A stretch of DNA of 62,027 bases, taken from the NCBI GenBank assembly GCA_039962885.1, contig JBDVGI010000022.1:1-62027 (forward strand), in the 5' to 3' direction. Position numbers and translations under genes: made by a program. The notes beneath the pieces are model-generated. The model did no database searches and was not told the origin of the DNA. It worked only from the letters and a program-made list of their open reading frames with translations. Shown one piece after another: positions 1 through 7,929 of this stretch. How positions within the stretch are numbered: position 1 is the stretch's first letter; each line of letters opens with the position of its first letter. This DNA comes from Litorimonas sp. GTDB lineage: Bacteria > Pseudomonadota > Alphaproteobacteria > Caulobacterales > Maricaulaceae.

Positions 1-1
1 C

Positions 2-478
2 GTGATTAAAATTGAGGATATGAGCGAGACCCAGCGGCAAGCGTGGGTAACGCTTTTGGCGGATGGAGCTGTCTTTGCTTATTTTTGGTCTAAGACGACA
101 ATCGGACTGTCACCGAAACTTATTCATACGAATATGGATGAGTTTGGAGCCATTATCATTGGCGTCGTGATTGCGACAATTATCACCCATGCCGTGATTG
201 CTTCAATCTTTGATATGCGTAGCCGCAAAGAGGCACATGAAAAGGATGAACGCGATATCGCCATTGAGCGCAAAGGCGCGCAGTGGGGTTATCATATTAT
301 GCAATGGGGTGTTGGCGGCGTCATTCTAACGATGCTGATGCATCACGGCATTGGGATAGATTATAAACCGCCTATCTCTATTCAAAAACCTGCCGAGATT
401 ATCTTTGCCCTCTTGGTGGTGAGTTATATCGCCGATTTGGCCAAGCAAGCTGTCATGATCACGGCCTATCAGGAGTAG
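2..478 (+). CDS. Small multi-pass membrane protein, DUF2178-like
   Basis: Four hydrophobic stretches. DERD..I..K motif before a TM helix, typical of membrane proteins encoded beside XRE regulators. Starts at the window edge. Confidence 0.6.
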   Translation: MIKIEDMSETQRQAWVTLLADGAVFAYFWSKTTIGLSPKLIHTNMDEFGAIIIGVVIATIITHAVIASIFDMRSRKEAHEKDERDIAIERKGAQWGYHIMQWGVGGVILTMLMHHGIGIDYKPPISIQKPAEIIFALLVVSYIADLAKQAVMITAYQE

Positions 479-482
479 CCTT

Positions 483-980
483 ATGAGTATTATGCCTGAA
501 TTAAAAAAAGACCTTATTGAGATTTTAAACAAACTCTCACTTCGAACGGTTATATCCTTATTAACGGCCGCATTATCAGGTGCTTTAATCTGGATATTAA
601 TTGACTTAAACCGCGAAGAAATGGCTGAAACGGGTCAATGGCTACCTCCCGAAAACGGCATTGGCCTATTAGCTCTTTGGTTTATTACTTATATGCTTTT
701 TATATTTTTACCTCTCATCATACTTTACCGCAAAACAGGAAATGGCGGGATTGATGAGCGGGATGCCGATCTCTATCGTCAGACAGGGGCGAATGGATTT
801 TGTATTTTACAGGTCCTGACATTCTTAGCCTTATTTTGGTATATGCGTCATGATGATGGGCTGCTTCTTTTTAATTCTATACTTGTGGCTCTATTGGTTT
901 CCGTCGCCGTTTCTTCATTCATTCTATATGTGCGTTACCGCGCGATTAGCGCACCTTTGTTATCAACGGATGATGAATAA
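483..980 (+). CDS. Membrane protein, DUF2178-like (probable distant paralogue of upstream gene)
   Basis: Four TM segments and an IDERD motif. Its stop overlaps the next ATG. Confidence 0.55.
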   Translation: MSIMPELKKDLIEILNKLSLRTVISLLTAALSGALIWILIDLNREEMAETGQWLPPENGIGLLALWFITYMLFIFLPLIILYRKTGNGGIDERDADLYRQTGANGFCILQVLTFLALFWYMRHDDGLLLFNSILVALLVSVAVSSFILYVRYRAISAPLLSTDDE

Positions 981-1210
981 TGGGCGGTAAAAAAACCAGT
1001 ATTACGAACCAGATTAAACGCATCCGTTTGGCCCGCACAGAGCTGACTCAAGCGGGACTGGCTGAGCGCGTGGGCGCAACGCGGCAAACGATTATCGCGA
1101 TTGAAGCGCAGAAATATGCGCCTTCCCTAGAGCTCGCCTTTCGTATAGCCCACGTCCTCGGCGAATCCGTAGAAGAAGTCTTCCAATTTGATTCAAGTCT
1201 TTGGGATTAA
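980..1210 (+). CDS. XRE/Cro-family HTH transcriptional regulator
   Basis: LTQAGLAERVGATRQTIIAIE..KYAPSLELAFRIA..VEEVF signature. Confidence 0.9.
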   Translation: MGGKKTSITNQIKRIRLARTELTQAGLAERVGATRQTIIAIEAQKYAPSLELAFRIAHVLGESVEEVFQFDSSLWD

Positions 1211-1348
1211 GCTTGGAAAAATTAATTTACGTGATTTACGGACACCACTCCTAGCGCCCTCTGTTCTTAAAGTAGTAGTGTAGTGTTTACTTATTAGTTG
1301 TATTGAGCGCCCTTTATTGGCGAGTTTAGATCGCTCAGAAATTGATTC

Positions 1349-1368
1349 AGATAATAAGCAGATTATCT
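1349..1368. promoter_or_regulatory. Inverted repeat AGATAAT-N6-ATTATCT, probable auto-operator of the downstream XRE gene
   Basis: Perfect 7-bp inverted repeat just before ATG 1370, with TTGATT at 1342. Confidence 0.45.
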
Positions 1369-1369
1369 A

Positions 1370-1606
1370 ATGGGTGAAATCATAGTGACACTAGACGTGA
1401 TGCTGGCGCGCCGAAAAGTGAGGTCTAAGGACTTGGCTGCCCATGTGGGAATCACCGAAGCCAACATTAGCCAGCTCAAATCTGGTAAAGTTAAAGGCGT
1501 GCGGTTTGAAACGCTTGCTGCTATTTGCGAATTTTTAGAGTGTAAACCCGCAGATATTCTCGATTACAAGCCTGACCCTGAGGAAGGGTCCAAACGCTTT
1601 GAATAG
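1370..1606 (+). CDS. YozG/HTH_26-type XRE regulator
   Basis: LDVMLARRK..LAAHVGITEANISQLKSGKVKGVRFETL..ICEFLECKPADIL signature. Confidence 0.9.
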   Translation: MGEIIVTLDVMLARRKVRSKDLAAHVGITEANISQLKSGKVKGVRFETLAAICEFLECKPADILDYKPDPEEGSKRFE

Positions 1607-1732
1607 AAAGGGCGCTTAAGTGCTTTCGGAGATATTTAAGGTAAGGCTGGATTGAAGGTGAACGCCCTTTATTGGACGAGTTTACGACGCCCTTTTAAAT
1701 TTTCCTACGCCAGCATAGGATGAATATTGTAT

Positions 1733-2470
1733 TCAAGAAGATTGGCTATTAATACGTTTAATCACTCTATCCGCAGCTCTTAAAATTATTTGAGGCATTT
1801 GCATTTCTAAATAATGAGTTCCTCCAACAATTTCTTCATAGTGAGCATTTTCCCCGATTGCATTGACAAGGGTTTGAGCATCTTCTTTTGCAACCAATGT
1901 GTCTAGTGTCCCATGAAGCACTTCGATTGGAATATTTAAGTTTTTTAATTCTTCTAATAAAGGACCGATTTGTACTCTCCGCCCTTTAATTTCGGCTCGC
2001 ATATGCTGTAATCGCCGAGGGGTAATTGGTTTTAAGAAGTCGAACTTATCGAAATCGACAATTGCTTTAGCATAATTACGAGGTTCACTAATAAGTGCGG
2101 CTCCCGTTACAACGCCTTCTATATCATCTGGGTAATTTAAAGCAGCTTTAAGAGAAATTGCTCCTCCATAGGACATTCCTAATAAAAGAGTCCGTTTATC
2201 GCTTAGAAAAGGCTCTACTATTTTGACTTGTTCATTAAAGTTTAAAACAGGGGTATCATGCGGTTTTCCATACCCTAAACGATTTACAACCACAGTTTCC
2301 AAACTATTCGGGGTTAATTGCAATAACCTTTTAAAGAGAAACGTCTGGCTTGGTGCGCCAGGTATACAAATTAACCTCCATTTTGCATGTTTTTGCCTAG
2401 AGATAATTGCATCACCCTCAAAATTCATATTTGGGATTGAAAATGTAATATGGTTATAATCTGAAGACAT
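1733..2470 (-). CDS. Alpha/beta-fold hydrolase
   Basis: GMSYGG nucleophile elbow, NRLGYG, HGTLD and GTH catalytic His. Visibly AT-richer than its neighbours. Confidence 0.85.
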   Translation of the reverse strand: MSSDYNHITFSIPNMNFEGDAIISRQKHAKWRLICIPGAPSQTFLFKRLLQLTPNSLETVVVNRLGYGKPHDTPVLNFNEQVKIVEPFLSDKRTLLLGMSYGGAISLKAALNYPDDIEGVVTGAALISEPRNYAKAIVDFDKFDFLKPITPRRLQHMRAEIKGRRVQIGPLLEELKNLNIPIEVLHGTLDTLVAKEDAQTLVNAIGENAHYEEIVGGTHYLEMQMPQIILRAADRVIKRINSQSS

Positions 2471-2609
2471 AATGTTAGCACTATAACAAGGAAACTGTTT
2501 CTTCAGCTAGAAATTCTTTTGTTCATTTTTGGAGGGACGCGGCAATTAGCGAGCGCCCTTTATTGGACAAACATCACCTCTAGTTTTTGCCCAAGCAAAC
2601 CAATTTCTT

Positions 2610-3710
2610 CTAACGTTCGCTACCCCCTGCATCATGATCTTGCCAGGCATATGGCATGGGGTTTGGCCATTCTAGGTGTTGCGCGATTATATGGGGCAGG
2701 GTGGCCTGTCCGATTATGGCGCCGACTTCGCGGTTGAAAGTTCTAGATTTATTTGAGAACTGTCCGAGCTTGGGCAAGCCGTGCGTTTCGACGGCAACCC
2801 AAACGCGGCCTTGGGTGATAAGAAACGATATAGCTGCGCGTTTTGTATCCAAAGCTTGCTGTAAATCGGCGTATAAATTATTAAACCGCATGACGCGTTC
2901 TGGGTCTAAGAATAAATGGGCCAAAGTATGATCATCTGTACTGACTTTGAAATGCTTATTAAACTTCAGGCTGGCGGTTTTAATTTTTTCTAATTTTTGA
3001 GGCGCTCCGTGTTTGATGCGTTCAAACGGCCCAGAAAAGCGGTACGTGCGGCGCGAGGTGATAAGGATACGGTTGTCTGAATCAAAATTCTCAATGTCAA
3101 ATTCCAACATCAAACCCTCAAAGACTTGGACAGTGTGTGTACGTGTGCGTGTGCGGCCTTTATTGTCGGTATAGGTTTCTGTTTCCGTACGCGTGAGGCG
3201 GGTGCCAATGGATTGCAGATTAATGGTCTGGTTGGTTACAGGGCCAAGGCCAGACAGATAATGTATATCTTCATAACGGCCCAGCAAGCCCGCTTGGCGA
3301 AAACTCTGCAAGCTCGCTGCATGGGTATGGCTGACATCATAGATATTTAAACCAATCGCTTTTTGCATGTAATCGCCAAGTTCAGATTTGGCCGCTCGCA
3401 GGGTTTTGTTTTTTTTGCGTGCCACAGAATTTGCCGCTAGAAACCCAATTGCGCTTGCGGCAAGAGCGGGAAATAACGTCTGCTGCGATACAGTATATAA
3501 TCCGAACGCCGCGCATCCCCCGCCAATAAGCACAAGGGTTTGGATGATGTTCCAAGGGTGTTTCTTCGCGCCAATTTTTGTTTGCAAGGGCGTGATTTCG
3601 GTTTCAAGCTTTGAGCCAAGTTGAGCCTGAAACGCTTGGGTTTGCGCGGCGAATATCTCTGTTGGCCAATCCCCCTCAAGCCGCTTATGTGTGGTGCGTT
3701 TACTGGGCAT
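2610..3710 (-). CDS. DUF3137-like membrane-anchored protein
   Basis: Two N-terminal TMs, T(x)n TYTDNKGRTRTRT..VFEGL hairpin, and FNKHFKVSTDD..AHLFLDP motif. Confidence 0.7.
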   Translation of the reverse strand: MPSKRTTHKRLEGDWPTEIFAAQTQAFQAQLGSKLETEITPLQTKIGAKKHPWNIIQTLVLIGGGCAAFGLYTVSQQTLFPALAASAIGFLAANSVARKKNKTLRAAKSELGDYMQKAIGLNIYDVSHTHAASLQSFRQAGLLGRYEDIHYLSGLGPVTNQTINLQSIGTRLTRTETETYTDNKGRTRTRTHTVQVFEGLMLEFDIENFDSDNRILITSRRTYRFSGPFERIKHGAPQKLEKIKTASLKFNKHFKVSTDDHTLAHLFLDPERVMRFNNLYADLQQALDTKRAAISFLITQGRVWVAVETHGLPKLGQFSNKSRTFNREVGAIIGQATLPHIIAQHLEWPNPMPYAWQDHDAGGSER

Positions 3711-4197
3711 TCGAAAGGCTTGTTAAGTTGCAAGACATAAAGCGGCTATCCATTGGGCTGTCATAATATTTATCAATGTCTTGAAAGCCCAAGGCCTGGT
3801 AAACTGTGTTGGCGTGATACAGGCCGTGATCTGTGTCCAGATACATGTCTTTGTAACCAAATGCCTTGGCAAATTGCATGGCCTTTTGTGTGAGTTTAAG
3901 TCCAAGACCATTTCCGCGACCATCAGGGCGGCAATAGAGCCGTTTTAATTCACAAACTTCAGTGTCAAAAGGTTTTACCCCGCAAGCTGCCACAGGTTTG
4001 CCATCTATTTTTGCGAGATATAACGCATCATAGGTGTGCGGGAAGTCAGCAAATTCTGTCTGAGTGCCTTGAAAACTTAAAGACTGTCCTAAATAGGCTT
4101 CGATGAATGTAAGGTATTCGGTGAAGATAGATTTTACAGCCTGAATGTCCTCAGGTGAGTTGGCTAGCGTAATTTGGACATTTGGATGCAGGCTCAT
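3700..4197 (-). CDS. GNAT-family N-acetyltransferase
   Basis: CELKRLYCRPDGRGNGLG acetyl-CoA motif, MYLDT, and Y..LGF. Confidence 0.9.
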   Translation of the reverse strand: MSLHPNVQITLANSPEDIQAVKSIFTEYLTFIEAYLGQSLSFQGTQTEFADFPHTYDALYLAKIDGKPVAACGVKPFDTEVCELKRLYCRPDGRGNGLGLKLTQKAMQFAKAFGYKDMYLDTDHGLYHANTVYQALGFQDIDKYYDSPMDSRFMSCNLTSLSNAQ

Positions 4198-4260
4198 AGG
4201 CTTTGCTAGCGCGTCATTGACGTTGGGGCAAGCTTTGCCGCTAATATGTTAAACTCCCAA

Positions 4261-4305
4261 GACGGGGTTGCTAAAGACGGGACCACTAAAGACGGGGCGA
4301 CTAAT
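4261..4305. repeat. 15-bp imperfect tandem repeat x3 (GACGGGNNNRCTAAW)
   Basis: gacggggttgctaaa / gacgggaccactaaa / gacggggcgactaat. Confidence 0.75.
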
Positions 4306-4311
4306 ATAAAA

Positions 4312-7098
4312 TTAGGCTCCGACGACGAGTTCAAGACGGTCGAGTAATGCATCATTAACATCTCCCGTTTCAGGCAAATCGTTGGCCTTCTCAAATGCGG
4401 TAATGGCTGCGCGTGTGTTTGGTCCAATAGCTCCGTCTGCTGTTCCGACTTCATAACCAAGCTCGGCTAGGTAGCTTTGCACTTGGCGCACACGTTCTAT
4501 CTCAACGCTTTTTATGGCGGGGGTCCACGGGACATTTCGGAAGATACCATTAACCTCGGAATTTACAGGCCGAGGGGTAAAGGCCGCTATGCGAGCATCT
4601 GCGGCGCTAATTTGTTCAACACTTAATCCCTTTGTAATCAAGCTTGCGCGTTGCTGTGCAATTTGATCACCTTGATTTGCGGCGATGTTGTACCAAAAAT
4701 AAGCTGTCTCTAAATCTCTGTCGACGGGATTTCCTGACTCGGCTAATACAGCAAGATTAAATTGAGAGTCGACAACCCCGTGCTGGGCGGCTTGTTCAAA
4801 CCATCCTCGTGCAGTGGTCACATTTATATCTACGCCGCCGCGGCCATCTGTATAATATAGGGCAAGGTCATGCATGGCCACGCGGTGTCCGCTTTTGGCG
4901 GCGCGCTCTGTGAGCTGGCGGGCTTGAACTTCATCGCGTGTTACACCTTTACCGATCTCATATAGCTTCGCCAAACGATATTGGGCGGCAGGTAAGTTTT
5001 GTGCAGCTGATGCACGAATGAGTTTGACCGCCTCATCAACATTGTTTGATTTTAGATAGGCCGTACCGAGTTGATGTTGTGCAATCGGATTGCCAGCTGC
5101 CGCTGCGGTTTCAAGAGTTGCGGCCTGATTATTCGTGATGTTAGGGACAGCATTTTCAGCATATTGCCCGATTGGATTTTCCGTGGGGCCGCCAAGTTTG
5201 TGGCTGGCTTCATTGGCTTGACCGAAGACTGTATCGTCGGCGTCCTCGCTAGAGCTTTGCGCTTCACTTTGGGCCACTTTGTTTGGAATCGCAGAATATT
5301 GCCCGCCTAAGATTATTTTTCCAGCAAAGAGGGTTAAAAGAGCAATCGCGCTACCGACCAATAAGAACCGTAAATTACGACCCGACAAAGGCGTTTTTGG
5401 TAAGGCGGTTTTATGGCGTTTGCCGTTTGTATTCGTGGGTGTGCCGATACGTTCTGCACGAAGCTCATTATCTGCATAAGCTGGATCAGAATATGGCAAG
5501 GATGGTTCCACATAACCATCATCTACATAACTATCATCTTTGACATCTATGTTATGCGTGGGCAAGGCATCACGCAGTGACTGGTGGGACGATACCTGCG
5601 GCGCAGAGGTTTGTTGGTTTTGCCCCTGTGTGGCCATAGGAGGTAAATCGGGCACGGCTGGCAGATGCTCAGTTGCAACAGCTTGCGCGGAAATAGGTGC
5701 GTAGGGTTGGTTAGATGTGTCAGGCTTGACATCTATATTGGGTTGGGTGTGGGCTATGTGGTTTGGCTGAACCATAGCTGCAAGATTTTGTTGAGCGGCG
5801 ACTTGATACGCTGCGGGGTCAAATTCTGGCGGAATATGGCTGTCGATTACGGGCGCTGGCTCTTCGGCAGGTGTAACCGCTTTGCTGTAAGGGTTCAAAT
5901 CCGTCACGGCAGGCGTAAAAGCGTCATTAATAGGAACAACATTTGTTGGATTAGCAACAGAAGGCTCCGTAGGCACGGTTTGCGCCGTTGTGATATTCGT
6001 TGATGTCGGTAGTGGCGGCGCGAGATTGGTAATCGGGAGACGACTATCGTATAATGGGTTGCCGCCTGAGGCTGCATTTTGCATATCCGCTAGATGTTGC
6101 TCAAGATTACTTAAGCGGCTTTGCAGTGTTTGAATATGCTCTCCGAGCTGTTCATGATCGTCATTGGAGCTATTATTTGCAGGTGTGCGGCTAGATATAT
6201 CCACGATGCGTTGATCTACATCATTGCGGAATGCTTCAAATTCGGCTTGCGTGTCTAGCGCGATTTCAGAGATTTTTTCACCCATATGGGTGTCTATACG
6301 GCTTTGGCGTTGGTCTAACTCACCCGCAAAATTTTCAATTTTTTCGCCTAATACCTCAAGAGCGGCAGCAGTGTCGTCCTCTATGGTTTTAATATTTTCG
6401 GCCAACTGTGTTGTTTTATCATCTACAGTCTTTTCAAGCTTTGTCTCAACCGCTGTAATGGCCGCGGTTCTGTCGGCTTTATCTGCGGTAAACCGAGCTT
6501 CAAGCGCTGTTGCAAGGTTAGCTAAGTGGCGATTGACTTTGCTCAGAGCCTCGGATTGCGCAACGTTTGCGAGCGTTAGGCGCTCATCAGCGCGGCTTAA
6601 GGCAGCCTGAATTTCATTCATATCAGATGATGATACAGCCTGTGATAAATCTTTGGTGATTTCCGCTTGGCTCTGACCCATCATCCCAGAAAGCTTTTTA
6701 TTCAATGCGGTGATTTGGCGGGTAAAAGCGGCCTTTTGCTTTGTCTGACTAGCTTTAGATTGAGATTGTAGAGTGTTAACGAGCAGTTCTAAGGCTTTGA
6801 CGTTTTTGCGGGTGGTCGCATTAACGCGCTTAAGCCGTGTTTCCACTTGGATGAGCTGCTGTTGGAGTGTCTGCTTTTTAGGAGCTGTTTTGACTGTGTT
6901 TTTAACGGCTATGTTTTTAGAGGCAGAGCTCTTTGAGACAGGGCCTTTAGGGCTGGGGGCTTTTTTAACCACGCCTTTTTTAACCACGCCTTTTTTAGCC
7001 GCGCCTTTTTTTGCACCCTGCTTTTTTACGGCCTGTTTTTTGACAGTCGGTTTTATGGCTTTAGGTTTGGATTTTAAAGATGTGGAAGCAGCAGCCAT
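4312..7098 (-). CDS. podJ: PodJ-like polar localisation factor
   Basis: Architecture: long coiled coil, Pro/Gln-rich disordered region, one TM, Sel1-like repeats (AQYRLAKLYEIG, AMHDLALYY, SQFNLAVLAE), and a C-terminal PG-binding domain (ADGAIGPNTRAAITAFE). CtrA box upstream. Confidence 0.75.
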   Translation of the reverse strand: MAAASTSLKSKPKAIKPTVKKQAVKKQGAKKGAAKKGVVKKGVVKKAPSPKGPVSKSSASKNIAVKNTVKTAPKKQTLQQQLIQVETRLKRVNATTRKNVKALELLVNTLQSQSKASQTKQKAAFTRQITALNKKLSGMMGQSQAEITKDLSQAVSSSDMNEIQAALSRADERLTLANVAQSEALSKVNRHLANLATALEARFTADKADRTAAITAVETKLEKTVDDKTTQLAENIKTIEDDTAAALEVLGEKIENFAGELDQRQSRIDTHMGEKISEIALDTQAEFEAFRNDVDQRIVDISSRTPANNSSNDDHEQLGEHIQTLQSRLSNLEQHLADMQNAASGGNPLYDSRLPITNLAPPLPTSTNITTAQTVPTEPSVANPTNVVPINDAFTPAVTDLNPYSKAVTPAEEPAPVIDSHIPPEFDPAAYQVAAQQNLAAMVQPNHIAHTQPNIDVKPDTSNQPYAPISAQAVATEHLPAVPDLPPMATQGQNQQTSAPQVSSHQSLRDALPTHNIDVKDDSYVDDGYVEPSLPYSDPAYADNELRAERIGTPTNTNGKRHKTALPKTPLSGRNLRFLLVGSAIALLTLFAGKIILGGQYSAIPNKVAQSEAQSSSEDADDTVFGQANEASHKLGGPTENPIGQYAENAVPNITNNQAATLETAAAAGNPIAQHQLGTAYLKSNNVDEAVKLIRASAAQNLPAAQYRLAKLYEIGKGVTRDEVQARQLTERAAKSGHRVAMHDLALYYTDGRGGVDINVTTARGWFEQAAQHGVVDSQFNLAVLAESGNPVDRDLETAYFWYNIAANQGDQIAQQRASLITKGLSVEQISAADARIAAFTPRPVNSEVNGIFRNVPWTPAIKSVEIERVRQVQSYLAELGYEVGTADGAIGPNTRAAITAFEKANDLPETGDVNDALLDRLELVVGA

Positions 7099-7188
7099 AT
7101 GACAGTAGTTTTCCCAAATACAAATGCGAACCGTACGTACGACTCACACATCCTCTGCAGAATGCTTCTCTAGATAAGCCTGAACGTA

Positions 7189-7204
7189 GTTAATACGGAG
7201 TTAA
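7189..7204 (-). promoter_or_regulatory. CtrA binding box TTAA-N7-TTAAC upstream of podJ
   Basis: Minus strand TTAActccgtaTTAAC, plus an extra GTTAAC at 7208. podJ is a known CtrA target in Caulobacter. Confidence 0.7.
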
Positions 7205-7291
7205 AGTGTTAACCTTTTTAGTAAAATTCTAGCTCTTTATAGCTTTAAGGGCATGAGAACGGAGTATTTGAATGAATTTAACAAGCTTTTC

Positions 7292-7307
7292 TTGACGTTA
7301 ACGTCAA
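7292..7307. promoter_or_regulatory. LiuR-type palindromic operator TTGACGTTAACGTCAA
   Basis: Perfect 16-bp palindrome overlapping a TTGACG -35 just before a MerR gene and acyl-CoA dehydrogenases. Confidence 0.7.
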
Positions 7308-7326
7308 CGTAAGGGTATGAGATGCT

Positions 7327-7902
7327 ATGAAATTTTCTCTGACTGAAACATTCGACTACAGCGACCAAGACAGCCCGTCAGACGCCAGTCAAAATAACCC
7401 GCCTGAGGCATTTTGGGGTATTCGTGATTTTGCCAATATGTTCGAAGTCACCCCGCGGACAATCCGTTTTTACGAAGATAAAGGCTTGCTGAGCCCTAAA
7501 CGCGATAAGAATGCTCGAATTTTTGACCGCCTTGACTATGCGCGCTTTGAAAAAATTATGTGCGCAAAGCGTCTTGGGTTTACACTGGATGATATCAAGG
7601 AAGTTCTTGATGTCACGGATGGTCGTATAAGTTCCAGCAGTGAGCTTTTGCGCCGCAAGCGTAATTTTGAGACCGTTATTCGTGGTCTGCAACGCCGCCG
7701 CGAGGATATTGATAATCTGTCGCGTGATATGGCTGAGATTTGTAAAGTGATTAGCCGCCATGTCGAATCTGTGACATCTGTAGCAGATGATATTGAAGTG
7801 GCGGATTTAGCCGCCGCATACGACGCTCAATTCCGCCGAAGTCTTGCTGATGATTTTGGATTGGACACGCCAGTTCCCACGACAGAATACCCCGTTACGT
7901 AA
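7327..7902 (+). CDS. MerR-family regulator (LiuR-like)
   Basis: IRDFANMFEVTPRTIRFYEDKGLLSPKR..KRLGFTLDDIKE. Confidence 0.85.
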   Translation: MKFSLTETFDYSDQDSPSDASQNNPPEAFWGIRDFANMFEVTPRTIRFYEDKGLLSPKRDKNARIFDRLDYARFEKIMCAKRLGFTLDDIKEVLDVTDGRISSSSELLRRKRNFETVIRGLQRRREDIDNLSRDMAEICKVISRHVESVTSVADDIEVADLAAAYDAQFRRSLADDFGLDTPVPTTEYPVT

Positions 7903-7929
7903 TAATTATTAAAGCCATAAGGACAAACT

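Larger units (their letters stand above)
1305..2568. repeat. Dispersed repeat (A)GCGCCCTTT(ATTGG): direct copies at ~1305, ~1663 and ~2551, inverted core at 1607-1616, partial copies at ~1253 and ~1688
   Basis: Read directly: gagcgccctttattggcgagttt (1305), cgccctttattggacgagttt (1663), gagcgccctttattggac (2551), aaagggcgct (1607). Confidence 0.8.

Noticed and set aside
1305-2568. Repeats as a CRISPR array or integron attC array
   Set aside because: Only three short copies with gene-sized irregular spacing. No cas or intI gene and no RYYYAAC/GTTRRRY boxes.
4206-4460. 84-aa minus-strand ORF over the podJ end and the tandem repeat
   Set aside because: Out-of-frame overlap with podJ and no recognisable features.
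6224-7102. Antisense ORFs inside podJ (and the many similar shadow ORFs in the track)
   Set aside because: Fully overlap confident genes on the opposite strand or another frame, as expected from codon bias.
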